A stretch of 64,000 nucleotides of DNA from NCBI RefSeq assembly GCF_963506605.1, contig NC_083282.1, positions 21,390,001 through 21,454,000 on the forward strand, given 5' to 3'. The stretch is from Zootoca vivipara (taxonomy: Eukaryota). The translations under genes were made by a program, and so were the position numbers. Positions 49,152 to 60,975 of the stretch are shown here, piece after piece (the stretch's first letter is position 1; every line of letters starts with the position of its first letter). The notes under the pieces were generated by a model. It saw nothing but the letters and a program-made list of their open reading frames with translations, was not told the origin of the DNA and searched no databases.

Positions 49152-49672
49152 GGGTAAAAAAAAAAAGGTAAAGGACCCCTGGACAGTTAAGTCCAGTCAA
49201 ATGTGACTATGGCAGGCATCCCCAAACTGCGCCCCCCCAGATGTTTTAGCCTACAACTCCCATGATCCCTAGCTAACAGGACCAGTGATCGGGGAAGATG
49301 GGAATTGTAGTCCAAAACATCTGGAGGGCCGAAGTTTGGGGATGTCTGGACTATGGGGTCGCGGCGCTCATCTCGCTTTCAGGCTGAGGGAGCTGGCGTT
49401 TGTTCTAAGACAGCTTTCTGGGTGATGTGGCATGACTAAACTGCTTCTGGCGCAACGGAACACTGTAACAGAAACCAGAGCGCACGGAAATGCCATTTAC
49501 CTTCCTTCCACAGCAGTACATATTTATCTATTTGCACTGGTATGCTTTCTAACTGCTAGGGTGGCAGAAGCTGGAACAGGAGCTCACCCCTCACGGGGAT
49601 TCAAACCACCCACCTTCTGATCGGCAAGCCCAAGAGGCTCAGTGGTTGAGACCACAGCACCACCTGCGTCCC
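49152..49672 (-). mobile_element. Sauria SINE interrupted by a hAT MITE
   Basis: 12-bp TSD tgttgaatttca (49140-49151 / 49673-49684). Confidence 0.92.
49213..49348. mobile_element. Palindromic ~135-bp hAT MITE nested in a Sauria SINE
   Basis: TIRs caggcatccccaaact / agtttggggatgtctg, perfect 8-bp TSD gactatgg (49205-49212 / 49349-49356). Confidence 0.92.
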
Positions 49673-49872
49673 TGTTGAATTTCAACCAGTATGTTTACAC
49701 CAGTTGTTTGCAGTATCTATTTTTTTTTGGAGGGGGCATCTTCTCCAGAAAAAAATGCAAGGACCAGGAACCATTTGCACTATCCATTACTCACTTGCTT
49801 TCTGGATTACTTTCATACGTGTGCAAAAGCTTAGTCAACTGTGCTATACCACAAAGTGGTAGAATAATGTTA

Positions 49873-50113
49873 CAGTGGTAGCTCTAGTTACGAATTTAAT
49901 TCGTTCTGGAGGTCCTTTCTTAACTTGAAACTGTTCTTAACTAGAGGCGTGCTTTCGCTAATGGGGCCCCATGCTGCCATTGTACCACCGGAACACAATT
50001 TCCATTCTCATCCTGGGGCAAAGTTCTCAACTCGAGGTAACTCTTCCAGGTTAGCAGAGTTTGTAACCTGAAGCGTTTGTTACCTGAGGCGTTTGTAACT
50101 TGAGGTACCACTG
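49873..50113. mobile_element. Tc1/mariner (Tigger-like) MITE
   Basis: TA TSD, TIRs cagtggtagctctagttac / gtaacttgaggtaccactg. Confidence 0.9.
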
Positions 50114-51138
50114 TACTGAGAAGCTCGGTTTAGTTCAATATCTGCTCACGGCATGGAATTGTGTGTTCAGTTTGGCTTTGCTATAAGCAGTGAGGATGGC
50201 ACTAACACAAAGGAAACAGAGAGCGCTACAATAGTTCAAACTAAACATTCTCTCACCCCATCAAGTAAAGTCCTAGTTGTTCCCTCTAAATATTCTCTCC
50301 ATAGCAGTTAGTTACTGCACAGACAATTTCCCACAACAGCAGATATGCATAATGAGCTTCTGGGTAACATAAGTGCAAAGGCCTAATTAAGTCTCTGCTA
50401 CCTTCCCATATTTAATGCAAATAGATGCTCTCCTTCAGTTACTAATTCTAGGAAAATAAAGCATCCTCCAGCCAGCATCTTCCACTGGTAATTGGATTGA
50501 GCGTAAATCTACATTTCCTGGGAAATATCTCCACATCTTCCCATGAGGGACATCTCAGGCATCTGACTATGAGTTCTGATTGGTCATGGATCCCTCATGA
50601 TCACCCTGTCACTCTGCAGTGGGGAAATTGCAGTGTGACACTTGCTGATAGCTCATACCTGTGTCTTTTGTCATTTGAAGTCCTTTCCATCCAGCCGTGT
50701 CCTCAACAGGATCACCTTTTGTGTTCAAGCTAATTCCTGTCAAAGAATTTCTTTCCCATGACTGGACTTAGATCAAGGGAGACCTCTTGGCTACTCCTTC
50801 ATCACGGAAACGATTTTTTTCTGTATGTGTTTGATAAGAAGAAACAAGCTATATAGTTAAGGATATGCCTATTGAGTCTTCCATTTCCAGTGAGCTAGCT
50901 CTGCCACCAATCTCCCCCTCTTTGGAAGGACCAGTTGACTTGGCATGCTGGCACCTGTTTGATCTCCCTGAATCTTCCCTGAGTTTTGTTTTGAAATATC
51001 TGAATTTTGTCTGAGAATTCTCCCAGAAAGTTTCTAAAAACCAGATGCACTGTGAAGTGATTTGGGGTGGCAAGTGGCAGTTCACTTCTCACTACAGCTG
51101 TTTCAGGGAATAATCATGCTCATAAGAACTATATAGAC

Positions 51139-51228
51139 CATAGCTGCCAAGTTATCCCTTTTTTTAAGGGATTTTCCCTTATGCTGAATAGGCTTCCTCG
51201 CGAGAAAAAGGAAAACTTGGCAGCTATG
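51139..51228 (+). mobile_element. 90-bp hAT-type MITE
   Basis: 15-bp TIR catagctgccaagtt, perfect 8-bp TSD atatagac (51131-51138 / 51229-51236). Confidence 0.93.
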
Positions 51229-52512
51229 ATATAGACTAGACTCTTGTGGATGCAGGTGAGATTTGGGGCTTAGCACAATCCCTTTCCCTTTGTGCTTGTA
51301 GACTTTTATAGGTATGTATGCATAGAGAATTGTATAAAGCGATCTTCCCAAAGCTGGGGACTTCCTGATGTTGTTGAACTTTACCTCCCATTAGCCCCAG
51401 CCAGCATAGCCAATGGTCAGGGATGATAGGAATTGTAGTGTAGCACCATCTGGAGAGCACTAGTTTATGGAAGGCTGATCTAGAAGAAAATAACAGTGGA
51501 GATGAGGTCATTAGAAAAATAAAACATGTGATAGCATGTGGTTTGTGGTTTTTCATTTTAAAGTATTCCCAAGAGAATACTAGGGGTGAAAAACACAATC
51601 TGATTTTGGGCATATAGTTCAGAAAATTAAAGTAACAATTCGAGAAGCAACTTTGGCTGAACTAGATAAAAATGTAATTTTGCTATGTATATTTACTCAG
51701 TGTAAATCCTTTGAAGGATTGAAAGATGAGAGGCCTGTTATTTGACCTTCATGGCAGTGGTAATTCAAGGGACTCACAGCATGACGCAGCCCTTTCTGGC
51801 ACAGGCAGTGGCGAGGTTTTCCAGCACCTTCAAATGAATGTTTACGATTGCTACGGGTGGTTGTCTGCAGCTTACCTACCTCGTTTTCAGTTTAACATCA
51901 GGGCTGCCTTGGGGGCTGTCCACTTACATGGACAATATAATTGCTTTGTCACTGTGCATAGCCTTTCAATGTCTAAGCCATTGAATTGTTGTTGTCGATA
52001 TAGTGAGTAGTTTTTTTTTATGATAATGATGATCTCCTGTATGAACTGAACATACAGGAGATGGGCCAGATTCTTCTCATGTTCTTCAATGTAGTAAAAT
52101 CTCTTAATCATGGACAAATGTTTTTAGAAGCTGTGTGCCACAAGGAAAGCGGCAGAGTGCATAATTTGCCTACTGTAGTCCCCCAGCTTTAAATATCCCC
52201 CACTTCCACTTAAAAGAATCTCGGATCTGGTTAAAATCCAACATGGTATGTTAAAACAACAAGGTATGTGGAATTTCACATGCTTGGAGTTCTGTATAAG
52301 CTAGGATGCTGGCACTTAAAGGTGCTATATAGTGTGACATACCTTCAGTTTTTAAAATAAAGAAAACCAATGCACAGGAACATCTGCTCCACTCTAGCTT
52401 CATGGTATCTAAACTGTGTCCTTCATCTACTAATCCCTTCAAAACCCTTCCCCCATCAAAGCCCACTGAGTAAGCTGGACTGATAATGAGCATCAGCAAC
52501 AAAATTAATGCC

Positions 52513-52747
52513 ATATTGGCCACCTCATGAGAAGAGAAGACTCCCTGGAAAAGACCCTGATGTTGGGAAAGATTGAGGGCACTAGGAGAAGGGGACGACA
52601 GAGGGCGAGATGGTTGGACAGTGTTCTCGAAGCTACGAACATGAGTTTGACCAAACTGCGGGAAGCAGTGGAAGACAGGAGTGCCTGGCGTGCTCTGGTC
52701 CATGGGGTCACGAAGACTCGGACACGACTAAACGACTAAACAACAAC
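52513..52747 (+). mobile_element. Bov-B (RTE clade) LINE 3' fragment
   Basis: Translates GHLMRREDSLEKTLMLGKIEGTRRRGRQRARWLDSV...WRALVHGVTKTRTRLND, with a (caa)n tail. Confidence 0.93.
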
Positions 52748-52777
52748 ATGGGTGTGATGATGATGATGATGATGATA

Positions 52778-52974
52778 CAGTGGTGCCTCGCTAGACGAAT
52801 GCCATGTAAGATGAATTTTTCGCTTAGCGAAGAGATTTTTCTAGCGGAGGTTGCCTCGCAAGATGAATTCGTTTTGCGAAAAATTCGTCTAGTGAATCGC
52901 GGTTTCCCATAGGAATGCATTGAAATTCAATTAATGCGTTCCTATGGGGGGAAAATTTTCCAATGCATTCCACT

Positions 52975-52975
<1 letters not shown>
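52778..52975. mobile_element. Tc1/mariner (Tigger-like) MITE, internally deleted
   Basis: TA-cagtggtgcctcgctagacgaa...ccactg-TA. Confidence 0.8.
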
Positions 52976-53020
<45 letters not shown>

Positions 53021-53458
53021 CAATAATAATAATGGAACTGTGTTAGATCGTCTGAGGACAAAATGGGATGCCACTAAAGAACAGTCATTTCAAACTCTGT
53101 TGCCAGGCTCCAGTTTCCCACAGTGGCTAAGAAAATGGCTACTCCAGTTGGAATTCCAGGGCAGTGGAGCTGAAATTTCCTATGAAGAGAACGGCACACC
53201 TGAATAAGCTTTCAAATTTGATGGTTCCCCCCCCCCCCAAAAAAAACCCCCTGCACAGACAATCTTGGTTCACTTTACATGCCTATTGATTTTCCTTCAT
53301 CCAGTGTCTGGATTGCCTGTTTCCTATTTTGCAATCTGAAGGCAGTGAAAGAATAGTAGTATAAGTCATCTCAGAAGTAAAAGGGCTTGACATGCTTGCC
53401 CTTTGTATAATTCTAGTTACAAATCTTGAGAATCTGCTGTTGGCTTCAGTGTGAGCAA

Positions 53459-53461
<3 letters not shown>

Positions 53462-53504
<43 letters not shown>
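53462..53504. repeat. (GT)n microsatellite
   Basis: Pure dinucleotide run. Confidence 0.95.
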
Positions 53505-53505
<1 letters not shown>

Positions 53506-53681
53506 TCATTAGGTCAACACTATTAGATTAAAAGTTAATTTTCAGATATATTTCTTTGACTAGTGTGCCATGGAAGGGGACTTTTCTTTAAAATGTCCTT
53601 TTGTAATATGGCTGAGCACAATGTCTGCTAATCTGATACTCTCATTGAAAGCAACACATTTGCTTACAAATTACCATAAAA

Positions 53682-53817
53682 CAGGCATAGGCAAACTCAG
53701 CCCTCCAGATGTTTTGGGACTAAAATTCCCATCATCCCTGACCACTGGTCCTGTTAGATAGGGATGATGGGAGTTGTAGTCCCAAAACATCTGGAGGGCT
53801 GAGTTTACCTATGCCTG
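53682..53817. mobile_element. Palindromic ~135-bp hAT MITE
   Basis: Same family as 35750-35885, perfect 8-bp TSD ccataaaa (53674-53681 / 53818-53825). Confidence 0.93.
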
Positions 53818-54347
53818 CCATAAAATACCTCATCCTCCCCACCTCACTGAATAGTCACATTGTTTTGAAGCGTGCATTTTACTTCATCGTTGCTGCTTCC
53901 AACACCACTTTGATTTGTCCCCTTTCTTGGCTTCTTGTGGCCACCCAGACATTTAATCTGATTGGCTGTGGTAAAACACATGATTTTGTTTCAGTGTCTG
54001 TGTTGTCATGTGAGCCATAATACCCAATGAAATTAAAAAGCAGTGGTGCCAAATGGGATTAGTGAGGTCAAAGGAGAATAAGGAGAGAGTGCCAAAAGTC
54101 ACTGAAACTGGAAAGGCACCTTTTGACATTAACAACAACAAGTGTCTGTAATGTCAGGAGCATTGACGTGACTTTATTGACAAAATTATGTAGGCCACAA
54201 TATCCAATAGGATTAAATGGCAGTATTGGCAAATGAGGCTGAGATCAATGATATTAAATTTATGCCTGAAATGAACGAAGAACTTCAGTTTTCCATAGGC
54301 AAAGAAAAATACGGAGGAGGAATAAATATGGAAGCTACTGTGTCTGT

Positions 54348-54697
54348 AAAGGTAAAGGTAAAGGGACCCCTGACCATTAGGTCTAGTCGTGACCGACTCT
54401 GGGGTTGCGGCGCTCATCTCGCGTTATTGGCCGAGGGAGCCGGCGTACAGCTTCCAGGTCATGTGGCCAGCATGACTAAGCCGCTTCTGGCGAACCAGAT
54501 TAGCACACAGAAACGCTGTTTACCTTCCCGCTGTAGCAGTACCTATTTATCTACTTCCACTTTGACGTGCTTTTGAACTGCTAGTTTGGCAGGAGCTGGG
54601 ACCGAGCAACAGGAGCTCACCCTGTTGCGGGGATTCGAACCGCCGACCTTCTGATCGGCAAGCCCTGGGCTCTGTGGTTTAACCCACAGCGCCACCC
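54348..54697 (-). mobile_element. Sauria SINE
   Basis: aaaggtaaaggtaaagggacccctgaccattagg...aacccacagcgccaccc. No clean TSD. Confidence 0.92.
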
Positions 54698-57600
54698 CCT
54701 CTGGTTGCGGGCAGGCCCTCAACCTAGTCCCCCCCACCCTGGCATGGGTAGAGTAATACCGTCACGCCAGGGTGGCACCATGATCACCCCAGACCTATCG
54801 GCCAATCATTTTGAGTGGTGTGATTGTGGGGGGATATAAAAGCGGCAGTATGACGTGTGCCAAGCACCTGCTTTGCGCTGCTGAATAAGAGCTACATTTT
54901 GACATTAACAGAAACAAAAACAAAGGCTTTTGGATTCAGCTGTACATTTCTTTAATCCCATAATTTGTCTATGGAGAATTGAAATTCTTTAATTGCTTCA
55001 GACCTAAAACTAAAAGGACTCTCCCTTTTAGATTGTGATCACATTTATTTGATGTCGCGACAAATGCCACCATTTGTACACACTACATACTACTTGCAAA
55101 TACTAAACTCCCTGAAAATCCATGCCATAAGAATGACAAAACATGGGATCCCATAATCAGTAAGAATACTGCCTAGAATACTTTAATTTAAATATATATA
55201 ATAAATACTTTTTTACTTTGGCAAGTGATGGACATACCGAAAAGTTGTTTTATGGCAGGGTTTGTATTAGGATAATAGCTGTGTTACATAGCAGATATAG
55301 GAGGTATTTATCAGTGTTTGAAGGCAGAAGCATCTCTCCTTTGCTGACTTTGCATTACGGTGTGCATTTCATTTCCCTTCAATTTCAACAAGACTTTCTT
55401 CCAAATAAGGACAGTTAGGATTTCAGTCTTGGTGGACGTGAATTATTCCTGATGTCTTTTGACTATTCACATATAAGGTTAGTCAACATCTGGAAAAGGG
55501 AAGGTGGAGGATGGGGGACTTAGCTGCAGCTGTTAGCGCTTACTATGCCTCTTGAATCAGCAGAATACTTAAGATGCTCGTTCCAGTCATGCCTTATGGG
55601 AACATAAAAGTGCCACAGAAAAATGCATCAAAAACATGATCAGGGGCATGCTATTTATTTCTTCATTGGACCTTCTGGTCCTCTTTATTGAAAGCTTCCT
55701 CATTTTCTCATGGATCAATGAAATGGAATTTAATTTTTAAGAAGATGAATGCAAGCAGTGTGGGACCTTGCATCCTTAACCACAGCCATCAGTGGCCAAT
55801 GCAGGCCTTCACTTACCCCTGTGGCTGCTGCATCCCAGAGACTGCCTCTGGTATGACCATGGCCCCATACTGAACAGTGGCCCAGTAGCAGGAGCAAGCA
55901 TAGGTTACTACTACTACCTTAGGTCAGGTCAGTCTCTTTTTCCACCTAGCTCAGTATTGTGTTTTCAGATTGGCAACAGCTATCTCCAAGGTCTCAGACC
56001 GTATCTGCCACCTGATCATTCTTTACCATCAGCGTTGGTCCTTCTGCATGCACACTGAGATGCCTCCCCAATTTGCTGGGGCCATTACTGCCTTCTGTCT
56101 CTCACACTGGCCCCATATATGTATTGTGCACAAGGCAAACTTATCAATGGACGAAAATGCAAGAGAACAAAACAAGAGCAGGAGAAATATACCCACCAAA
56201 AAAGAAGTATAGGATGAGGTCCACCCTCAACAGAAGCCCTGTGTAAGGACTTCCACTTGTGCAACTGGGCTTTCCCCTGTGCCCTCTGAGCCCCTCAAAA
56301 TTGGCTTGGATGGTTGGGAGAACCCCTAGAACAGCATGTAGGGGGAGAAGGAGGCTGAAATGCTTGTGCATTTGTAATAGCAGGACACTGAATTCCACCC
56401 ATAGTGGAACAAACTCAATGTCAAATTATGCAGCAGTCACATGGAACACACAGAAACAAATTATGCCCCCCCCAATAAATTCCTCATTTCTGATCAGTGT
56501 GTTATTTCACATTGCAGCACATTTGTAAACATTTTTCCCCCCAAGTATCCATTAGTAGAGAAGTTGACAAGATCAGGAAGTCCAGTTAAGTCAATTTCAC
56601 TGCTCTAGTAGTTTAATGCCGCTGCTCCTCTATCTTCTGTGGATCTAGAAAGCAAAGCTGCTAAAAGAAATTCTTGAAAGAACATCTCTCTCTTCTAACT
56701 CAAAATTCCATCTCTTCCCCTTATAACTTTGTGCTGTTTTTGTGTTACCACTTATGGACCAAAGCTACGGCCTCAGTAGTTCTAAGGTGAAAGTTGTTCC
56801 TGATTTTATATAATGCTTTTTTGTGGTTCACTTTTATGATAGCAGTGTTCCCCCCCCCCCCCCCGAATATGAATAACAAGTTGTGGTGTTATTCTTGACT
56901 ACTATTCTGAACCAGCACATTGAGGGAATAAACTTAACTTGACCAAGCACTTATGCTAAAATAACCACCTTATCCACTGCTCTCTGAATTGCTCTCTATT
57001 ATGCCTATTGAGAAAGAGAGAAAAGGCTGGGAAGCTACACCCCATAATTTTGCCTATTTGCCAGAAAATTATAGATATATTTTAGCACCTTTTTCCAATT
57101 TTTGAAATTTCCATTTTTCGTTTTCAGAGCAGGTCAGACAGTTAATAGGAACAGGGGTTAAGAGTAAAAAGGTTAAAACTTTTTTACACTCTGGTCCTAC
57201 ACATAATTACAGGAAGTAGCTCTGATTTGAATGTGCTATAATCAAATACAAATGTCAGAGTGTTTAAAATAAATATCCACAAAGCTGAAGATTATACCCT
57301 TTTTAGCACAGGTATAAATGTATGCATTAATTAACATTATTTACTTGCATATCTCTCGCAGCAAGTGGGGAAATAAATTTTATTGGACCCCTAAAATGCA
57401 AAACACTGAAAGTGTAATCCTGAGATCAATACAGAGAAGTTTTTCGGTTTTAGGTATTCATGGTAAACATCCTAAAATTGCACCCTTTTTTGTTCTTGTT
57501 TTTAAATGGGACTGAATATTCTCCAGGATCAATTCTGAGGCAGAAACTAGCCATTTGTTAGGCTAGAAACATTTCCCTAAAAACCTCTTAAAGCATTGCT

Positions 57601-58014
57601 TGATCAGTCAGCATCCTGTTCTCACAGTGGCCAACAAAATGCCTGTGGGGGCCTGAGCACAAGTCCCCTCTTCCCACATGTAATTCCCAGCAACTGGTAT
57701 TCAGAAGAATGCTGATTCCAACAGTAGCATTTACAGCCTTACCTTCCACGAGTTTGTCTAATCCTCCTTTACCAACAAAATGTTTAAACACAGTTCAAAA
57801 TCTATGTAGGATAACTGTAGTGTCAAAAACCATAGGCTTGGCTCACATATACACAAACTGCAGGATCCTTTTGGCCCTGAATTTGGCTTACCATAAAGCA
57901 ATTTGCATTATCCCCATTCATTCTATGTTTCCCACCCACCTCATTGTCTGGATGACAATCCTGTTAGATAAGTAGCCCTGATTGAAGCAGGCATTTCTTT
58001 CTTTATTAACTAAA

Positions 58015-58138
58015 TAGTTTCAAAGCAGAGGTTGGATGGCCAGCTGTCATGGATGCTTTAGTTGAGATTTCTGCACAGCAAGGGGGTGGACTAGATGACC
58101 CTCAGAATCCCTTCCAAATGTACAATTATATGATTCTA
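58015..58138 (+). mobile_element. CR1 3' terminal fragment
   Basis: aagcagaggttggatggccagctgtc...gggggtggactagatgaccctcagaatcccttccaa...atgattct. Confidence 0.75.
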
Positions 58139-58523
58139 AGATGGTAATCAAAATGCAATATAAATCACTAAAAGCTACTGTAAACTAAAGATGTGATTCA
58201 CACGTACACACACAATCTAGGTTTTGTGATTGGGGGTCCTTAAAACAGGCATGAAGACGTAATAAGCATGAACTGAATGCCTGCTGAGCTTCTTTATATA
58301 CCAGAATTTTAATGGACCTTTTATCCTACTCATAACCTAGTTTATCTCTTTTTCTGACACTGTTTTTGTATCCTTGCCATTCCTTTTCACCTCCCTTGCT
58401 TTCCTTTCTGTCTCATTTCCTGTGTCTTCTTTTGCTCCCCTCTTTTTCACCCAGCCTCCCCTCCCCTCTGACATTTTACAATTGTTTTTCTAAGCATAAA
58501 ATAAAGCCTATCTTCTTCTTCTG

Positions 58524-58650
58524 CAGCTGCGACACCATTCCAGGCTGCACTAAATTGACACTTCTGAAAGCAACGGTCCTAGTCAGTCACTCCAAGGCTG
58601 CTACCTTCAGAAGTGTCGATTTACTGCTGCAGCAGACAATGCAGCAGCTG
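58524..58650. repeat. Decayed palindromic (hairpin) element
   Basis: Arms taaattgacacttctgaa (58551-58568) / ttcagaagtgtcgattta (58606-58623), outer cagctg at both ends. Confidence 0.7.
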
Positions 58651-59465
58651 TAAAGCTGAGGCAATTTAGAGAGAGAGAGAGAGGTCTAGCAAAAAAAGGA
58701 AAAGGAAAAAGGAAAATCTTTTGTGAGGGATACCCAGAGGGAGTGCAGCGGGAGGGAGAAAAGGCAAGCAGACAAAAAGATGGAAGATGAGAAGCAGGGA
58801 TGTGTAGCTTCAAGGTAGCAGAAATAGGATTGTAACAGACACATAATTCCCAATTGCCAACAAAAATGTTGGATGCATTTTGTGCCAGGACGGCCATGGA
58901 GACATGGAATCTCCCTGCCCCCTCCAACTTTCCCATAAGCCGAAATGTCTTCCCCTCCAAACTGAAATCTGAAATAGCAACTCTTCACATGCTTAAATGC
59001 ATACGAGGGAGAAAATGGTGGGGCTTTTGCACATCTCTGTCAAAATGCAACCACAGCCCAACATGGACTATGCTCCAAAATCAGAGAGAACAACTTTTGG
59101 AACTTGGATGATTTCTGCTTTCTGTTTATTATCGAATCCAAGATATTATTATTGTGTAGGTATGCATCTCCAGTAAAGTTTCCTGAATAGATATCGCAGC
59201 TCAGAGCTAACATTTCTTGTATTAAACATCTGGCCACAACTATCTATTCACAGAGATAGAAGCAAAGGAGGAATGGGTGACTTCAGCCATCTTCCAACTC
59301 TTAGCTTACCTTCCCATGTTAATGGTTTCTGCCTTTTTCCTTTCTAATGTACTTAAAGAACCATGTTCTTATTGCTTGTTTTACAGTGCAATCTGTTACT
59401 TTGTGGAAGTAAAGACACTGCCTAATTAAAGGAAATTTTCAGTTTGGTGTAGGGAGGTTTATAGA

Positions 59466-59555
59466 CATAGCTGCCAAGTTTTCCCTTTTCTCGCGAGGAA
59501 GCCTATTCAGCATAAGGGAAAATCCCTTTAAAAAAGGGATAACTTGGCAGCTATG
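59466..59555 (-). mobile_element. 90-bp hAT-type MITE (inverse copy of 51139-51228)
   Basis: 15-bp TIR catagctgccaagtt, perfect 8-bp TSD tttataga (59458-59465 / 59556-59563). Confidence 0.93.
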
Positions 59556-60975
59556 TTTATAGAAAATAATAAAATGATTATTAATGGCTTGCCTCATCAT
59601 GTCTAACAGAAGAGGCAGATGGGTCAATAAACCTGCAAAAATGCTGTAAGGAATTCTACAAGGATTCACTCTTTGTCCCCACCAAAGGTTTAGCTTAGAG
59701 ATCTGTTCTCAGTACAAGTTTTAAAACTATATTCTTATGTCCTCTTTGACTTAGCTGACATTATTTTAGTGGTGTTATTTCACTTCAAGGAGAAGGCATT
59801 ATCCAATGTTAGGTATTTATTCCACACACTCTGTGGAGGAAGAACAAATATTTTCAAGTCATTTCTAGCTTTGTTGCTACTCCTCAATCTTACCAATTCT
59901 GAGTTTTCAAAATATAAATTCAGAAAAATGCAACATTTTCATTTTCATCACAAAGAGAAGTGCATTTCTACTCACAATCCTTTTTTTCCAACCACAGTGG
60001 CTGTCCAAAGTGAAGACATTCCTTTGCAGAAGAAGAAGAGGATTGGAGTTGAATGACCCCCCCCATTAAAAATGCTTTAATATAATACATTTTTATATGT
60101 TATTTTCACCAACATATTTGTTTATATGCACACATCGCCCTAGTGTGTGCACTTTTCTACACATTACCTGATTGGAGAACTGATTCACAGAAGTGCAAAT
60201 TTTGAAGGTTGGCTGTGCTTTAGTTCCCTTATTGATTTGAAAATGTGAATTGGGTAGGTTCATCTTCAAATGCAGATGAAATAAAATTTCTCCTCCATCC
60301 ATAGTAGAGACTGTAGCTTTTAATCTTCATTGGTGGATTATTTGGCAGCTTTGCTGAGATGGGAGATTTAAAAATGGTGCCACCGTACAAGCACTTCCTT
60401 AATCAATCTCTCCCTTAGCTAATTAGAAGACTGTAGTTCTGAAGTATGCTTACATTTAGAAAGGTTAATTCCTTGTCATAACTGCAAGGTAAAAATTTGT
60501 TGGTGAATATTAGGCCAAAGGGGAGGCCCATGTTGTTTGATGGTCTCCATTTCCAGTATCCCAGAGTGTTCATGTCTCACCTGTTCTGGGAATATGGCAG
60601 AGTGATGGGGAGGAAACAGGTGTGATATAGTTGGGTAGTCAGAGGACTTTTATGCTGAGCAGAAGGTTACCAATTCATGACCTGTTGTGTGAGGAAAATG
60701 GAGCTGTGAACATCTAGTATTTTATTTTTAAGTGCTTAAATGTTTAAATAGCCATGGAAGGATTATCTAACTACAACATAGTTTTTTAGAAATCAAAACA
60801 AAATGTAGCATGTTATGAGAAACTGTATTTAAATGCCTGGGACCGCAATGTTGGTACTAGGGAAAGCTCCCTGGGGAAGGCATTCCACAAATGGAGGGTC
60901 TTCACTGAGAAGTCTCACTCTTCACAATGATCACCCAACTTATCTCGGATGATGATGTTATCTGAAGGAGAATCT

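Noticed and set aside
54121-54910. 14-bp direct repeat ttttgacattaaca as the TSD of a 760-bp composite insertion
   Set aside because: The left copy is ~210 bp from the SINE tail with ordinary sequence between. It may be coincidental and needs an empty-site comparison.
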